Source: a virus (taxonomy: Duplodnaviria; Caudoviricetes). From it: a DNA stretch of 64,000 bases. The stretch spans positions 32,001 through 96,000 of the IMG/VR virus record IMGVR_UViG_3300021426_000073. One strand, 5' to 3'. How positions within the stretch are numbered: position 1 is the stretch's first letter; each line of letters begins with the position of its first letter. Below the pieces are notes generated by a model. That model was given only the letters and a program-made list of their open reading frames with translations. It searched no databases and was not told where the DNA came from. The position numbers and the translations under genes are program-made. Shown here one piece after another: positions 1-10,714 of this stretch.

Positions 1-1
1 C

Positions 2-3000
2 AAGCTAAAAGAAAGCTTAACTAAGCTCGCTGATGAAGGAAAACTTACTAAAGAGAATTTCTTAAAGGAAGATGGTGCTAAAACTTGGGCAGATAAACTT
101 AATATTGACCTTGATGAAGCTATAAAAAAGATTAACAGTTTATCTAAAGATACTAGCAGACTTAGTAATCTCAAAGGTTCTGTAAGCAAACTACAAAATG
201 CTTATTCAGAAAAGCGTGATGCAGTCTTAACGAATCAAGACCAAACTAAGCAAAAAGGCAAACTAAATAAAGTTGAAGCTGCAAGTGCTAGTACGATTAA
301 CGACCTTGAAGCAGATTTTGGTGGACTAAAATACTGGAAGAAATATAAAGAAATAATTGGTTCTACTACTTCTACTGTTGACGAATGTCGTGAAGCTACA
401 AATAAATTATTAACTGAATTTTACAATGAAGGTAAATACATCAATGAAGTTGTAGATGCTACAGGCAAAGTTGATAAATCCACTAAAGATTATTATATAT
501 CTCAAATGGAAGAACTTGGCGTTGCTAATGCAGCTGAAGTTGTTAATAAAGAAATCCTTCAACGTAAGGTTGAGATATATCTTGCCAATAAAGATCTAAC
601 TGATGCTAGTAACGAACAATTAACGGCAATTGCAAAAGAAGCTGAAGCGTTAAATGATGAATCTGTTGCTGCTGATGAAGCTAGAAAAATGATTAACTTG
701 TTAGTTCTTCAGAAACTTACAGCAAAACATACATCATTAGCGATTGAAGGTGATTTATCATACTTAAAACAATTAGCTACATTTGCTGAAAGTGCTGGAT
801 TAAAAATAGCTGAATTAGCTCAAGCTGAAGCTATGTATGCACAAGCTGAAGCGTTAAGAAAATCTGGAAGTGGCTCTGCAAGCGTTGCTGATGAATTGTT
901 CAAAAAAGCTGATGCGTTAAGAAAAAAAGGCGAAACAAAACTTGAAAAAAAGTTAAAAATTGGTGTTATCGCAAGCGAATCTCCTAGAGATTCTAGTTTG
1001 GATAAAACAACTAATACTAACACTAAAAATACACAAAAGAAAACCAAAGAATATATTGACTGGATTGAACGTTATATAGAAGAACAGCAACACAAGATTA
1101 ACGCTGCTGAAGCTAAACTTGCTAATGTCTTCGGAGAAAAATCTCAAAACAAGATTTATAATAAAATCATAAAATACTATGGTAATATTGCTAAAGCTTA
1201 TAAGGTTGCAAGCAAGAAATATAAATCAAGTTTCAATGCATTTTTAGGCTCTAAAGATGGCAAGAAATATATAAACAAGGATATTGAAAACAGAATTAAG
1301 AACGGAACAATATCTGGAGATCCAAAGAAGTTAATACAAACATTTGGTGAAGAACGTGGCAAAGTAATCAAAGAAGCAATTGACCGTTGGAAGAAATATG
1401 AAGATGCTGAAGTCAATGCTGAAAAATCCTTAACAGATAAGCGTAATGCTAGAATCGAAAAGATTCAAAAACAAGCAGACCGTAGGCAAGCTTCTATGGA
1501 GCTTAATAAGCAATACGCAGAAGCTGAAGAACGTGGATATAAGGCACAGAATGATTATCTTGATAAATCTCAAAAGAAAAACGAACAACGTATCAAGAAG
1601 CTTATTAAGATTGCTAAAATTGAACACGATATTACTGAACAAAAGAAACTTCAAGAAGAACTTGAGCAATCAAGAATCGAAAATGAAAAGGCTAAATTTG
1701 ATAACCTAATAGCAGATTACGAAAGACAACGTGCTGCAAATGAACGTAATATTCAGAGAACACAAAACAGTATGGACTTACAAGCTGCTCGTGGAATGAA
1801 TATTAGTGAAAAATATTATAGAAGTCAAAATAGTCAATACAATGCCGAACTTAAGAATATTAATAACGAACTCGCTAAAGCTAGAGAAAAGATTAAGTCT
1901 ATAAAGCAAGGCACAGATGAACGTAATGAAGCCGAACAGAATATACTAGATTTAGAAACAGAATATAATACTAAGCTTCAAAGCATATACAATAACAATA
2001 AAGCTATTGTTGAATTATATAATAACTATTTAGATACAAGAGCTAATGTTAATGACCGTATGCTTAACGAGTTATCTTTCTTGGATAGTTTAGCTGATTA
2101 CGCTAAACATACGAGTAAAGAAGTTCAAGGATTCTTTACTGATGCTGGTTATGCCGCATTAGATGTTGCTCGTAAAGGTATGGAAATCTCCAAATCGAAC
2201 ATGGAAATGTATGCTGATAATCTTGCTAGATTACAAAAAGCTAGAAAGAATGCTGATGGTACGTTTACATATTTAACAAAAGAAGGAGATTCTGTAACTT
2301 TCAACTCTGAATTAGATTATGTAAAAGAATTACAAAACGCTTATGATAAGGTTCAGAATTATGCTAAGTCTTATTATGATAATACAGTAAAAGCTGTTGA
2401 CTTAATGAAGGAAAGATATCAGACAGAACTTGAGTTGGTAAAAGATTTAGTTGATGCCAAGAAACAAGAACTTGATGCTGAAAAAGACCTTCATGATTAT
2501 CAAAGAACTATTAGCGAAAAGACTACTAACATAACTAACCTTGAAAGACAGTTAGCAGCTTATTCAGGAAATACTTCTGAAGAAGGACGTGCTAAACTTC
2601 AGAGTTTACAAAAACAATTAAGTGATGCACAAAAAGACCTTGAAGAAACCGAATATGACAGATATATATCTGACCAGAAAAATATGCTTGATGACCTTTA
2701 TCAGAAATATAATGATGAGGTTACAAAGAGACTCGATCAGTTTAATAAATTACTCGAAGAAGCTTTAGGAGAAAATGGTGCAATTACTGAAGGCAATGCA
2801 TTTTTAAATCAAATTGCTAAAGGCATAGGCTATGATTCTGAATATAATGTACTAAAAGGCTTAGATGGTTTAAAGAAAGAAATTGCCACATTAGGACAAA
2901 GGGCTTATAAAGATAGCGGTATGGACGATGGCAAAGGAAATAATAATGGTGGTAATAATAACGGACGTATTGATGTTCCTGTTGCTCCAAAAGTTGAAAA

Positions 3001-3625
3001 TCCACCTATGTTATATACTGTTGCTGCTGCTGATTTAGATAAAAAAGCCAAACAAGAACTTCTTAATAAAGTTAAGGATATAGTTTCAAATTCTAAATAT
3101 CAAAAGAAGGATACCAATAATATATCTGATGTTAACAAATTACTATACAAGAAGTATAGAAAGGCGTTAACTACTAATGGCTTAAAAACTTTAGCTAATG
3201 TTTTAGGCGTTCCATATGGCAAAGATAAAAACAGCCTTTTATATAAAGCATTAAAAGAAATTGGTTTTGCCAAAGGTGGTATTGCTTCTATCATCAAAAA
3301 GAATGGCGACGATGGTATTGCTACTCTTAAACGTGGTGAAGCAGTCCTTACGCCAAAGCAGACTAGAGAGTTCACTACCCTCGCTAAGAATCTTGAATTT
3401 CTAAATCATGCTACTATGCTTAATGCAAACGTGCCTAAACAAGAGTTTAATAATAGTATCTCTTATGGCGATATGACTTTCAATTTTGAATTACCTAATG
3501 TAACAGATAGTCAAACATTCTTAAATGAAGTTAAGAATAATCAAAAGTTACAAAAGGCTCTTCAAGAAGTTACTATTAAACAATTAATTGATCCAAATAA
3601 ATTAGGTGTTAAAAAGATAAAATAA
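2..3625 (+). CDS. Tail tape measure protein, C-terminal part (gene begins before the window)
   Basis: Frame 2 is open from base 2 into the 506..3625 ORF. Long helical K/E/A-rich coiled coil with a C-terminal GFAKGG...ATLKRGEAVLT motif typical of SPbeta-like TMPs; directly upstream of Dit/Tal. Confidence 0.85.
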   Translation, partial: KLKESLTKLADEGKLTKENFLKEDGAKTWADKLNIDLDEAIKKINSLSKDTSRLSNLKGSVSKLQNAYSEKRDAVLTNQDQTKQKGKLNKVEAASASTINDLEADFGGLKYWKKYKEIIGSTTSTVDECREATNKLLTEFYNEGKYINEVVDATGKVDKSTKDYYISQMEELGVANAAEVVNKEILQRKVEIYLANKDLTDASNEQLTAIAKEAEALNDESVAADEARKMINLLVLQKLTAKHTSLAIEGDLSYLKQLATFAESAGLKIAELAQAEAMYAQAEALRKSGSGSASVADELFKKADALRKKGETKLEKKLKIGVIASESPRDSSLDKTTNTNTKNTQKKTKEYIDWIERYIEEQQHKINAAEAKLANVFGEKSQNKIYNKIIKYYGNIAKAYKVASKKYKSSFNAFLGSKDGKKYINKDIENRIKNGTISGDPKKLIQTFGEERGKVIKEAIDRWKKYEDAEVNAEKSLTDKRNARIEKIQKQADRRQASMELNKQYAEAEERGYKAQNDYLDKSQKKNEQRIKKLIKIAKIEHDITEQKKLQEELEQSRIENEKAKFDNLIADYERQRAANERNIQRTQNSMDLQAARGMNISEKYYRSQNSQYNAELKNINNELAKAREKIKSIKQGTDERNEAEQNILDLETEYNTKLQSIYNNNKAIVELYNNYLDTRANVNDRMLNELSFLDSLADYAKHTSKEVQGFFTDAGYAALDVARKGMEISKSNMEMYADNLARLQKARKNADGTFTYLTKEGDSVTFNSELDYVKELQNAYDKVQNYAKSYYDNTVKAVDLMKERYQTELELVKDLVDAKKQELDAEKDLHDYQRTISEKTTNITNLERQLAAYSGNTSEEGRAKLQSLQKQLSDAQKDLEETEYDRYISDQKNMLDDLYQKYNDEVTKRLDQFNKLLEEALGENGAITEGNAFLNQIAKGIGYDSEYNVLKGLDGLKKEIATLGQRAYKDSGMDDGKGNNNGGNNNGRIDVPVAPKVENPPMLYTVAAADLDKKAKQELLNKVKDIVSNSKYQKKDTNNISDVNKLLYKKYRKALTTNGLKTLANVLGVPYGKDKNSLLYKALKEIGFAKGGIASIIKKNGDDGIATLKRGEAVLTPKQTREFTTLAKNLEFLNHATMLNANVPKQEFNNSISYGDMTFNFELPNVTDSQTFLNEVKNNQKLQKALQEVTIKQLIDPNKLGVKKIK

Positions 3626-3629
3626 TTAT

Positions 3630-3659
3630 TAGGGGCTGTAACTCAGCCCCTAGTTTTTA
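3630..3659 (+). terminator. Rho-independent terminator after TMP
   Basis: TAGGGGCTG-TAACT-CAGCCCCTA followed by GTTTTTAT. Confidence 0.8.
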
Positions 3660-3724
3660 TTATTCGTTTTAAAATGACTTAAGACGAATATCTTTTAATT
3701 TAAGACGAATAAAGGAGAATAAAA

Positions 3725-3961
3725 ATGTTTGGAAGAAAAGATACTGCTTTCAAAATAATTGAAGAAGATAACAAAAAATTAAAAGAAGAAAATTATAAAT
3801 TAAAAAAGCAATTAAACGAAGTTCAGCAATACAAAACTGAATACGAAGAAGTTTTAAAAAATGTAAATGAATTAAAAAAAGAATATGAAAAACAAATAAA
3901 AGAATATGAAAAATTAAGATTAAAATTAGAAAAAGAAGCCGAAAGGTTATTAAATAAATAG
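3725..3961 (+). CDS. Small coiled-coil hypothetical protein
   Basis: AAGGAG RBS; K/E-rich heptad pattern; 78 aa. Confidence 0.7.
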   Translation: MFGRKDTAFKIIEEDNKKLKEENYKLKKQLNEVQQYKTEYEEVLKNVNELKKEYEKQIKEYEKLRLKLEKEAERLLNK

Positions 3962-3976
3962 AAAGGAAGGTGCATA

Positions 3977-6337
3977 ATGTACGCTACTGATTTTATATTT
4001 GATGGAGAAAGTCTATCTAGTAAGGGATATATGATTTGCGTATTTGATGGTGATTCTATAGTATCAGGTGGTGAGATAGAACCTATTGTAAAGAAAGCTC
4101 CTAATGCAGACGAGTATACTTATTATACTGCTCAAATAAACAATGTCCTTACTTGGCAGATAGACATCTGTAAGAGACCTTTATGCGAAGGTGATACTGC
4201 TAGTTCTTTTGAACCATTAACTCAATATGAAGAATCAGAACTTGCTCAATTCTTGTTAAAGACAGACGGATATAGGTGGCTACAATTTGTGCAACCAGAC
4301 GATTATCCTGATGTATTTTATAAAGTTTATATCAATATGACACCATACCAAATAGGCGGTCAAACATATGGATATAATTTAACAATAACATCTAACTGTG
4401 GTTATGGCTTTTCTCATGAGTATACTGCTACTCTTACTGATGATAATCAACCTTTAACAATTAATATAAATAATGATTTAAACAGATACATCTACCCTAC
4501 CGTTTCATTTGAAACAAATGCAGATGAATGTTGGATATATAATGAAAATGATTTAGAACAAAACTTAGATACTGGAAAAGAAAGCCATTTTTATAATCTA
4601 GGAGATAATGTAGATGTTCTTAAAGAAATATCTATGGATAGTACTAACGATGTTATTAACGGAATAGAAACTCCAGATCAATTTAATTGGAATTTTTTAA
4701 GATTGGTAAATGGTGAAAATAACATTTATGCAGATGGCATTCTTGCAGATGTTCACTACTCTACTACAGAATGGGAAACTGTAAGAGATGGAGCTACATT
4801 AACTAAAAATGGAAGTCGTACATTCGAATTAGAGCATCTACATAATGCTGGTGGAATTGTTGCTCGTACTGCTTTTGACTATGAATTACGTTATGACACT
4901 TTGCTAAGGTTTGGCTCTGCAAGTGCTGGTGAAACTATTGAATTAGATAATAATGTTACTTATGATTGGATTAAAGCTAAACTGAAAAAGCTTATCTTTA
5001 ATTTAGAACAAGAATATAACTATGTATACTTATATGCTGTAAATCCTTACCAAATTGAATTATATGGTTCAGCAGCTAGACTTGTATACAATGAAAATGA
5101 AGAACTTGTTCAAAACAATCAAGGTTTCGGATGGTTTGATTGCTATACTGTAAATATAGATTATATTACTGGTGAAATTAGCAATGTAACAAAAACATAT
5201 GGAATCAAGGCTGACAGAACTCATGTTGAAAACTTTTTATATGTTCCTACTCCTATTGTTCCGAAGGATGGTGGTGCTGGAATTACAATACCTTATAAAA
5301 CAGATTACATTCCTGAAATAATTAATGCAAGACGTACTGCTCCACTTTTCGAATTAAATGGATTGCCTGATGATTATAAAAGCGAATATGACTTTCGTAA
5401 CCTTACTGTCGGTGAAGGTAAGGGTGTTGTTGTTTTAAGAACTGATACTGATGAATATGAAATATGGGAATCAGATAAAGCTATTTTTGGTTATTATTTC
5501 TCTGGTGATTATATAGTATTGAGAGCAATAGATTATTCAGAATTAAAAATATATTCATACGATAAAACTGCCAAAATATGGAGTTTGACGCATAGAAGCA
5601 CTGGGGAGCATTTATCCCACGAACAACAAATGGGAATTAATGGCTTCTTGGGCGATACGGTATATATTTCTGAAAATGTAGTAATCTCATTTTTAAATGT
5701 AACACCTACAACTTCTTTTAATTTTGAAAATAAATGGGAAATCTATACAGGTGGAGAATTTATATCTGGTGGAAATGATGAAATAATTCAAAATTATAAG
5801 ACTCAGACTGGAGTCGAACCATTACAAATTTCAACAAGTTCAGAATTACCTGTTGTATCGTATAATTCATATACAAAATATTATTTTGACGAAGATAATC
5901 CTTTGCGTAATATTAATGTTAATAATGCTTTTATATATAATCCAAATGAATTTACCGTATCTATTGGTGCAAACATCTCTCTTGTTAGTCATACAGGCAC
6001 ATATCAAACGCAACACACACTTAATATGCCACTCTCTTTTAGAGAAAACGGTTATATAAATGTATACGAGCTTGGAAGAAATAAACGTGAAATACCAGCA
6101 AATACGAATGTATGTTTCCCACTAGAGAATGCTATTCTTGAAACTGACAATATTTCGATAATGTATGATTTTTTTGAAGAAGCAATATATAATATTGATA
6201 GAATAATAGACCATACTTGTGAAATTACTGGGGCTACACAAAATATGGTAGCAATAGAATATGAAAAATATTTGCCGGTAGAATCGCAACAAAATGCAAC
6301 TATTAAATATAGAGAAATAAGGAGAGTGTTAGTATGA
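3977..6337 (+). CDS. Distal tail protein (Dit) with a large internal insertion, probably carbohydrate-binding
   Basis: N-terminus MYATDFIFDGESLS...FLRLVNGENNI is Dit-like. The closing strand (ATIKYREIRRV) appears only after about 500 aa of aromatic beta-rich insert. Position after TMP fits. Confidence 0.7.
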   Translation: MYATDFIFDGESLSSKGYMICVFDGDSIVSGGEIEPIVKKAPNADEYTYYTAQINNVLTWQIDICKRPLCEGDTASSFEPLTQYEESELAQFLLKTDGYRWLQFVQPDDYPDVFYKVYINMTPYQIGGQTYGYNLTITSNCGYGFSHEYTATLTDDNQPLTININNDLNRYIYPTVSFETNADECWIYNENDLEQNLDTGKESHFYNLGDNVDVLKEISMDSTNDVINGIETPDQFNWNFLRLVNGENNIYADGILADVHYSTTEWETVRDGATLTKNGSRTFELEHLHNAGGIVARTAFDYELRYDTLLRFGSASAGETIELDNNVTYDWIKAKLKKLIFNLEQEYNYVYLYAVNPYQIELYGSAARLVYNENEELVQNNQGFGWFDCYTVNIDYITGEISNVTKTYGIKADRTHVENFLYVPTPIVPKDGGAGITIPYKTDYIPEIINARRTAPLFELNGLPDDYKSEYDFRNLTVGEGKGVVVLRTDTDEYEIWESDKAIFGYYFSGDYIVLRAIDYSELKIYSYDKTAKIWSLTHRSTGEHLSHEQQMGINGFLGDTVYISENVVISFLNVTPTTSFNFENKWEIYTGGEFISGGNDEIIQNYKTQTGVEPLQISTSSELPVVSYNSYTKYYFDEDNPLRNINVNNAFIYNPNEFTVSIGANISLVSHTGTYQTQHTLNMPLSFRENGYINVYELGRNKREIPANTNVCFPLENAILETDNISIMYDFFEEAIYNIDRIIDHTCEITGATQNMVAIEYEKYLPVESQQNATIKYREIRRVLV

Positions 6338-9321
6338 TAACAAAAAATATAATTAGATTAGATAAAAATACTAAAACTGTTTATACTCCTACCCTAACTC
6401 TTATGACAAGGGATTTTAAGCCATTAGGTAAAATAAGCAAATATTTAAATTGGAATATATCATTGCAAGCAAATGGCGTTGACGAAATATCTTTTGATGT
6501 TAATAAAACCTATTACGATGAATATGGGAATAAAATAACTTGTCCAGTATGGGATAATCTAATAGACTTGAAAATTGTTGATGTTGATGGATTAGGCAAG
6601 TTTGAAATAACCGTATCATATACAGATAATGCTGAAACTATCAAATCTGTTCACGGACAAAGTTTAGAAGTTGAATTAGGACAAGTGTACTTAAGAGATT
6701 TCCACGTCAATGATGAAGAAGCAATAACTGGCGAAATAACAGAATATAATAAAATGCACTTTGATGCAAGAGGCAATTTTATATCTACAGTTTTTTATGA
6801 CCCTAAAAATAAGTACAATTCATTATTGCATAGAGTTTTAGCAGATAAAGCTCCGCATTGGAGTATAGGATATGTAACACCTTATGTAACTATAGGTGAA
6901 AACGAAGAAGCTGAAAAGGTCGAAGATTTTGTGCGAACATATACTGTTGATGGTACTGACATATATAGTTTTTTAACTGAAGATGTTGCGAAAGAAACTA
7001 ATGTTGTATTCCTGTTCGACACAAACACAAGAACTATTAACTGCTATAGTTTAGAAGACTGTTATGTTGATGGTGAATTAGTTCAAAAGGCTATAGGTGA
7101 AGATACTAATGTATTAATTTCAAAAAAGAAACTCGCTAATGAAATAGGCATAGAATCAAATAAAGATGATGTAAAAAACTGCTTTAGAATATCTGGTGGC
7201 GATGATTTAATCACATCACAAATTGCTGCTGTTAATATGACTGGAAGCAATTACATATATAAGTTTGCTGACTTTCAATTAAATGATATGCCTGAAAGAT
7301 TGCGTAATAAAATCATAAGTTATCAAGCATACGCTGATAGCAGACGTGATGAATACTATGGTGAACACGGTATATATACTGAATTATGTAATGCTTATCA
7401 AACGTTAAATTATCTAAAATCAGAAATGATGCCAGACAGTACATTAAAAGAAACCAATGCTGAAAAACAGTATGAAGATATTGTAGAAAAACTTCAAAGA
7501 GGTGTCGGCATGGAAGACACTAATCGAAGCTTAGGGATTGTAAATAATAATGTATCTGCTATGGCTGAAGTATATTGTGATAGTCGATATAAAGTTTCTT
7601 TGATTAAGACTAATGCTACTTACTCTCCATCAACAAGAAAATGGAAAGGACAAATACAAGTAGTACGTACGACAGACGAAACTGATTCCTTCCCTACTTT
7701 GCCTAGTATGCTAGATAGAACTTTTGAAGTACCAATATTAACAGACGATGATAACTTAACATATACAAAGCAAAAACTAGAAAAGGCTCTTGCTAAAAAT
7801 GACATGACATCATTAAATGCAAGTTTTGATGAGAATGAAAGTACGGATCAAGAAATAAAAGAACAACTTGAATTGTATTGTTTAAATATGCTTAAGAATT
7901 TTAGAGATGGATACGAGAATTGTAAGAGCGTATTGTACAATACAAATCAATATACTACTTCAACTGATGCTATACCTAATGGACTTTATCAAAAATATAA
8001 TTCTAGATATCTTATTGCTTGTGAAGTATATGATGCACGAAAAAAGGAAGTTGATGATGTTCAGGCTTTAATTGACGAGTTGACTGTTAAACAACGTAAA
8101 TTCCAAGACGAGTTAAATTTTCCTAATTATTTGGTAAAAAACGAAGATGATGGAATTGAATTATATCGAATCTTTTGTTCGTATATTAGAGAAGATGAAT
8201 ATTCTAATAGCAATTATATATCAGATGGTTTAGAAACTACTAAAGACCTTATAGATAAAGCACAAGAACTTTTAGATGTTGCTGAAGCACAGTTAGATAA
8301 AGCTTGCGTATTGCAAAGAACAGTTTCAGTATCTCTTAATAATCTTCTTATACTTCCAGAGTTTGAAAGCTTATATGATAGTTTTGAATTATTTAATTAT
8401 ATTCGTGTGCGCAGCGAAGATGAATTATTCAAATTAAGGATTATAAGCATAGAGGTAAGTGGAGAAAACTATGCTGATATAAACGTAGGCTTTGCCGAAA
8501 GAGTTGAAGCTTTAGATGGTAAAATGAGTGATTTGCAAAGTATTGTTGCTCAAGCTTCTGCTATTGCTTCTTCTTACGATTCTACTATGCTTCAAGCAAA
8601 GCAAGGCAAACAAGCTAATGACGATATATATGAAATGTCAGTAGATGGAATTAATACACAAAAATATAGCGTTACAAATAGTAATGACAATGAATTAACT
8701 ATTAATTCTTCAGGATTACTTGCACGCAAAATGACAGACGAAGGTGTATATTCTCCAAAACAATTAAGAATAACTAACAACGGAATGTATTTGACAGATA
8801 ACAATTGGACTACTATTAAAGAAGCTATAGGCGAGGTAAAGTTTGACAACGGTGATGTTGCCTATGGAATCATAGCTGATAATATAATTGGCAAATTCAT
8901 TCTAGGAAGTAATCTCAAAATAAGTAACGGAGAATCTTCAGTTTCCATAACTGGAGATTATATAAAAATTGGCACTTGTGCCGAGTCTGATAATATTCAT
9001 ACGATAGGCGATTATACTGGTGTTGGATTATTTAAAGATGGTACGGTAGAGTTCGGTTCTGAAGATACAACAAATCCAAGTCAAACATTTAAGTCTAAAG
9101 CAACATTTGATATAAAAAGAGGTTTTATTATTACTGGAAATAGTGATATTACTAGTGAAAGTAATAATCATTCTCGTTGGAATTATGAATTAGTATTGAA
9201 CCCTATTATGAATGGCACGCCAAGTAGCCCGATAATTTCGTTTAGTGCCACTCCTGATGGCAGTTCTACGCCTTCATTTTTATGGCATATAGATCAGAAC
9301 GGACATATAAGCGTTGGTTAA
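6334..9321 (+). CDS. Tail tip / Tal-like minor structural protein
   Basis: Overlaps the Dit stop (ATGA). N-terminal beta-rich hub domain, coiled coil, C-terminal KQLRITNNG...DNW motif typical of prophage tail proteins. Confidence 0.75.
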   Translation: MITKNIIRLDKNTKTVYTPTLTLMTRDFKPLGKISKYLNWNISLQANGVDEISFDVNKTYYDEYGNKITCPVWDNLIDLKIVDVDGLGKFEITVSYTDNAETIKSVHGQSLEVELGQVYLRDFHVNDEEAITGEITEYNKMHFDARGNFISTVFYDPKNKYNSLLHRVLADKAPHWSIGYVTPYVTIGENEEAEKVEDFVRTYTVDGTDIYSFLTEDVAKETNVVFLFDTNTRTINCYSLEDCYVDGELVQKAIGEDTNVLISKKKLANEIGIESNKDDVKNCFRISGGDDLITSQIAAVNMTGSNYIYKFADFQLNDMPERLRNKIISYQAYADSRRDEYYGEHGIYTELCNAYQTLNYLKSEMMPDSTLKETNAEKQYEDIVEKLQRGVGMEDTNRSLGIVNNNVSAMAEVYCDSRYKVSLIKTNATYSPSTRKWKGQIQVVRTTDETDSFPTLPSMLDRTFEVPILTDDDNLTYTKQKLEKALAKNDMTSLNASFDENESTDQEIKEQLELYCLNMLKNFRDGYENCKSVLYNTNQYTTSTDAIPNGLYQKYNSRYLIACEVYDARKKEVDDVQALIDELTVKQRKFQDELNFPNYLVKNEDDGIELYRIFCSYIREDEYSNSNYISDGLETTKDLIDKAQELLDVAEAQLDKACVLQRTVSVSLNNLLILPEFESLYDSFELFNYIRVRSEDELFKLRIISIEVSGENYADINVGFAERVEALDGKMSDLQSIVAQASAIASSYDSTMLQAKQGKQANDDIYEMSVDGINTQKYSVTNSNDNELTINSSGLLARKMTDEGVYSPKQLRITNNGMYLTDNNWTTIKEAIGEVKFDNGDVAYGIIADNIIGKFILGSNLKISNGESSVSITGDYIKIGTCAESDNIHTIGDYTGVGLFKDGTVEFGSEDTTNPSQTFKSKATFDIKRGFIITGNSDITSESNNHSRWNYELVLNPIMNGTPSSPIISFSATPDGSSTPSFLWHIDQNGHISVG

Positions 9322-9332
9322 TGAGGTGTTTT

Positions 9333-9632
9333 ATGAAAAAGTTAAAGCAAAAAATTAAAAGAAAAATAAAAAAAATATTTAAGGGTCACATGAGTCACAT
9401 CATTGTGACCTTTTCTATTGCTACTGTAATTACATTTACTGTAGTAGATATATATTTAGAAATAAAAGATATACATTTGTCTGATACTTTGATTGAATGG
9501 GTTTATAAGTTCTTTGGATTAGAATTACTTGCCCTTTCAGGAATCAAAGTATCTAAGCATATAGGTTCTGCATTCGGACGTATGGACGAAGCTGTAGATG
9601 GTTCAGAACCTTTAGATGAAAGTGAGGAATAA
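9333..9632 (+). CDS. Membrane protein, holin-like
   Basis: GAGGTG RBS before ATG 9333; two hydrophobic segments; immediately upstream of the lysins. Confidence 0.55.
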   Translation: MKKLKQKIKRKIKKIFKGHMSHIIVTFSIATVITFTVVDIYLEIKDIHLSDTLIEWVYKFFGLELLALSGIKVSKHIGSAFGRMDEAVDGSEPLDESEE

Positions 9633-9636
9633 TATT

Positions 9637-9933
9637 ATGAGTATGATTATTGTTTTATTAACTATGTTTGCTTCTTTAACAACTTTAGTTACAGAAGGAG
9701 TTAAGAAAATTTTAGATGAATTAAAGATTAAATATTCTTCAAATATTGTAGCCACCCTCTGTGGGCTTGTTATTGGCACTGTAGGCACACTTTTATATTG
9801 TTATTATAAAAATATACCATTGGATACTAAAAACATGATTACGGCTATATTATGTGGCTTAGCAAGTGCGTTAGGTGCAATGGTTGGTTACGATAAAATC
9901 ATTCAGACTCTTAAGCAACTCGGAAAGGAGTGA
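9637..9933 (+). CDS. Holin-like protein with three TM segments
   Basis: GAGGA RBS before ATG 9637; three hydrophobic helices, C-terminal GYDKIIQTLKQ; precedes endolysin. Confidence 0.65.
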   Translation: MSMIIVLLTMFASLTTLVTEGVKKILDELKIKYSSNIVATLCGLVIGTVGTLLYCYYKNIPLDTKNMITAILCGLASALGAMVGYDKIIQTLKQLGKE

Positions 9934-10703
9934 TTAATATGACTCAAATTGGTCACGCAAGCATAGATGAAAATGGTCGTGCTTGTTACGGAAAAGCTGG
10001 GGATCAGAACGGTCGTGAAGTATTAATTCAAAATTGGTACTCTCACCCATGGCATACAGTAATAAGACCTATTAATTCTACTACTGCTAAAAAGATTGCA
10101 TATACAATGAAAGCAATTTGCAATAATAACAATATCGGCTATGACCAAACACAAAGAAAAACTCTTTATGATTTGGCTAGCAAAGTTAATTGGGATATTT
10201 CTAAAATCAAAACGCCTTGCGAAACTGACTGCTCTGCTGCTGTATGCGTATGTGTAAATGCTGCTGGAATAAAAGTTTCACCTTTAATGTATACAGGCAA
10301 TGAATTAGAAATACTCAAAGGTACTGGAAAATTCACAATATTAAAAGATGTTAAATATACTAAATCTCCTGACTATTTAAAATCAGGAGATATTTTATTG
10401 GCTAATGGACATACTGCTATCGTTGTAAGCAATGGCTCTAAAGTAAAGGAAGTTATTGTAGCTAAGCATAATCCTACTAAGTTTGATGCAAAGTTCAATA
10501 AACAATTTACTGTTATTAAAGATGCATATATTAGAGATGGTGCTGGAAAACATTTTATAGCATATAACCTTTTACACAAAGGAACGAAGGTTAAATGCTA
10601 TGGCAAGTATGATGTTAGTTCTAAATATGCATGGCTTTTTGTTGAAGCCGAAATTAACGGTACTGTAATAAACGGATACGTAATAAAAAATAAACTCAAA
10701 TAG
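9930..10703 (+). CDS. Endolysin 1: NlpC/P60-CHAP-like peptidoglycan hydrolase with C-terminal SH3-like domain
   Basis: Catalytic-type motifs ETDCSA and GDILL..GHTAIV; C-terminal YIRDGAG...VKCYG SH3b-like segment. Confidence 0.75.
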   Translation: MINMTQIGHASIDENGRACYGKAGDQNGREVLIQNWYSHPWHTVIRPINSTTAKKIAYTMKAICNNNNIGYDQTQRKTLYDLASKVNWDISKIKTPCETDCSAAVCVCVNAAGIKVSPLMYTGNELEILKGTGKFTILKDVKYTKSPDYLKSGDILLANGHTAIVVSNGSKVKEVIVAKHNPTKFDAKFNKQFTVIKDAYIRDGAGKHFIAYNLLHKGTKVKCYGKYDVSSKYAWLFVEAEINGTVINGYVIKNKLK

Positions 10704-10714
10704 TGGAGGTTTAT

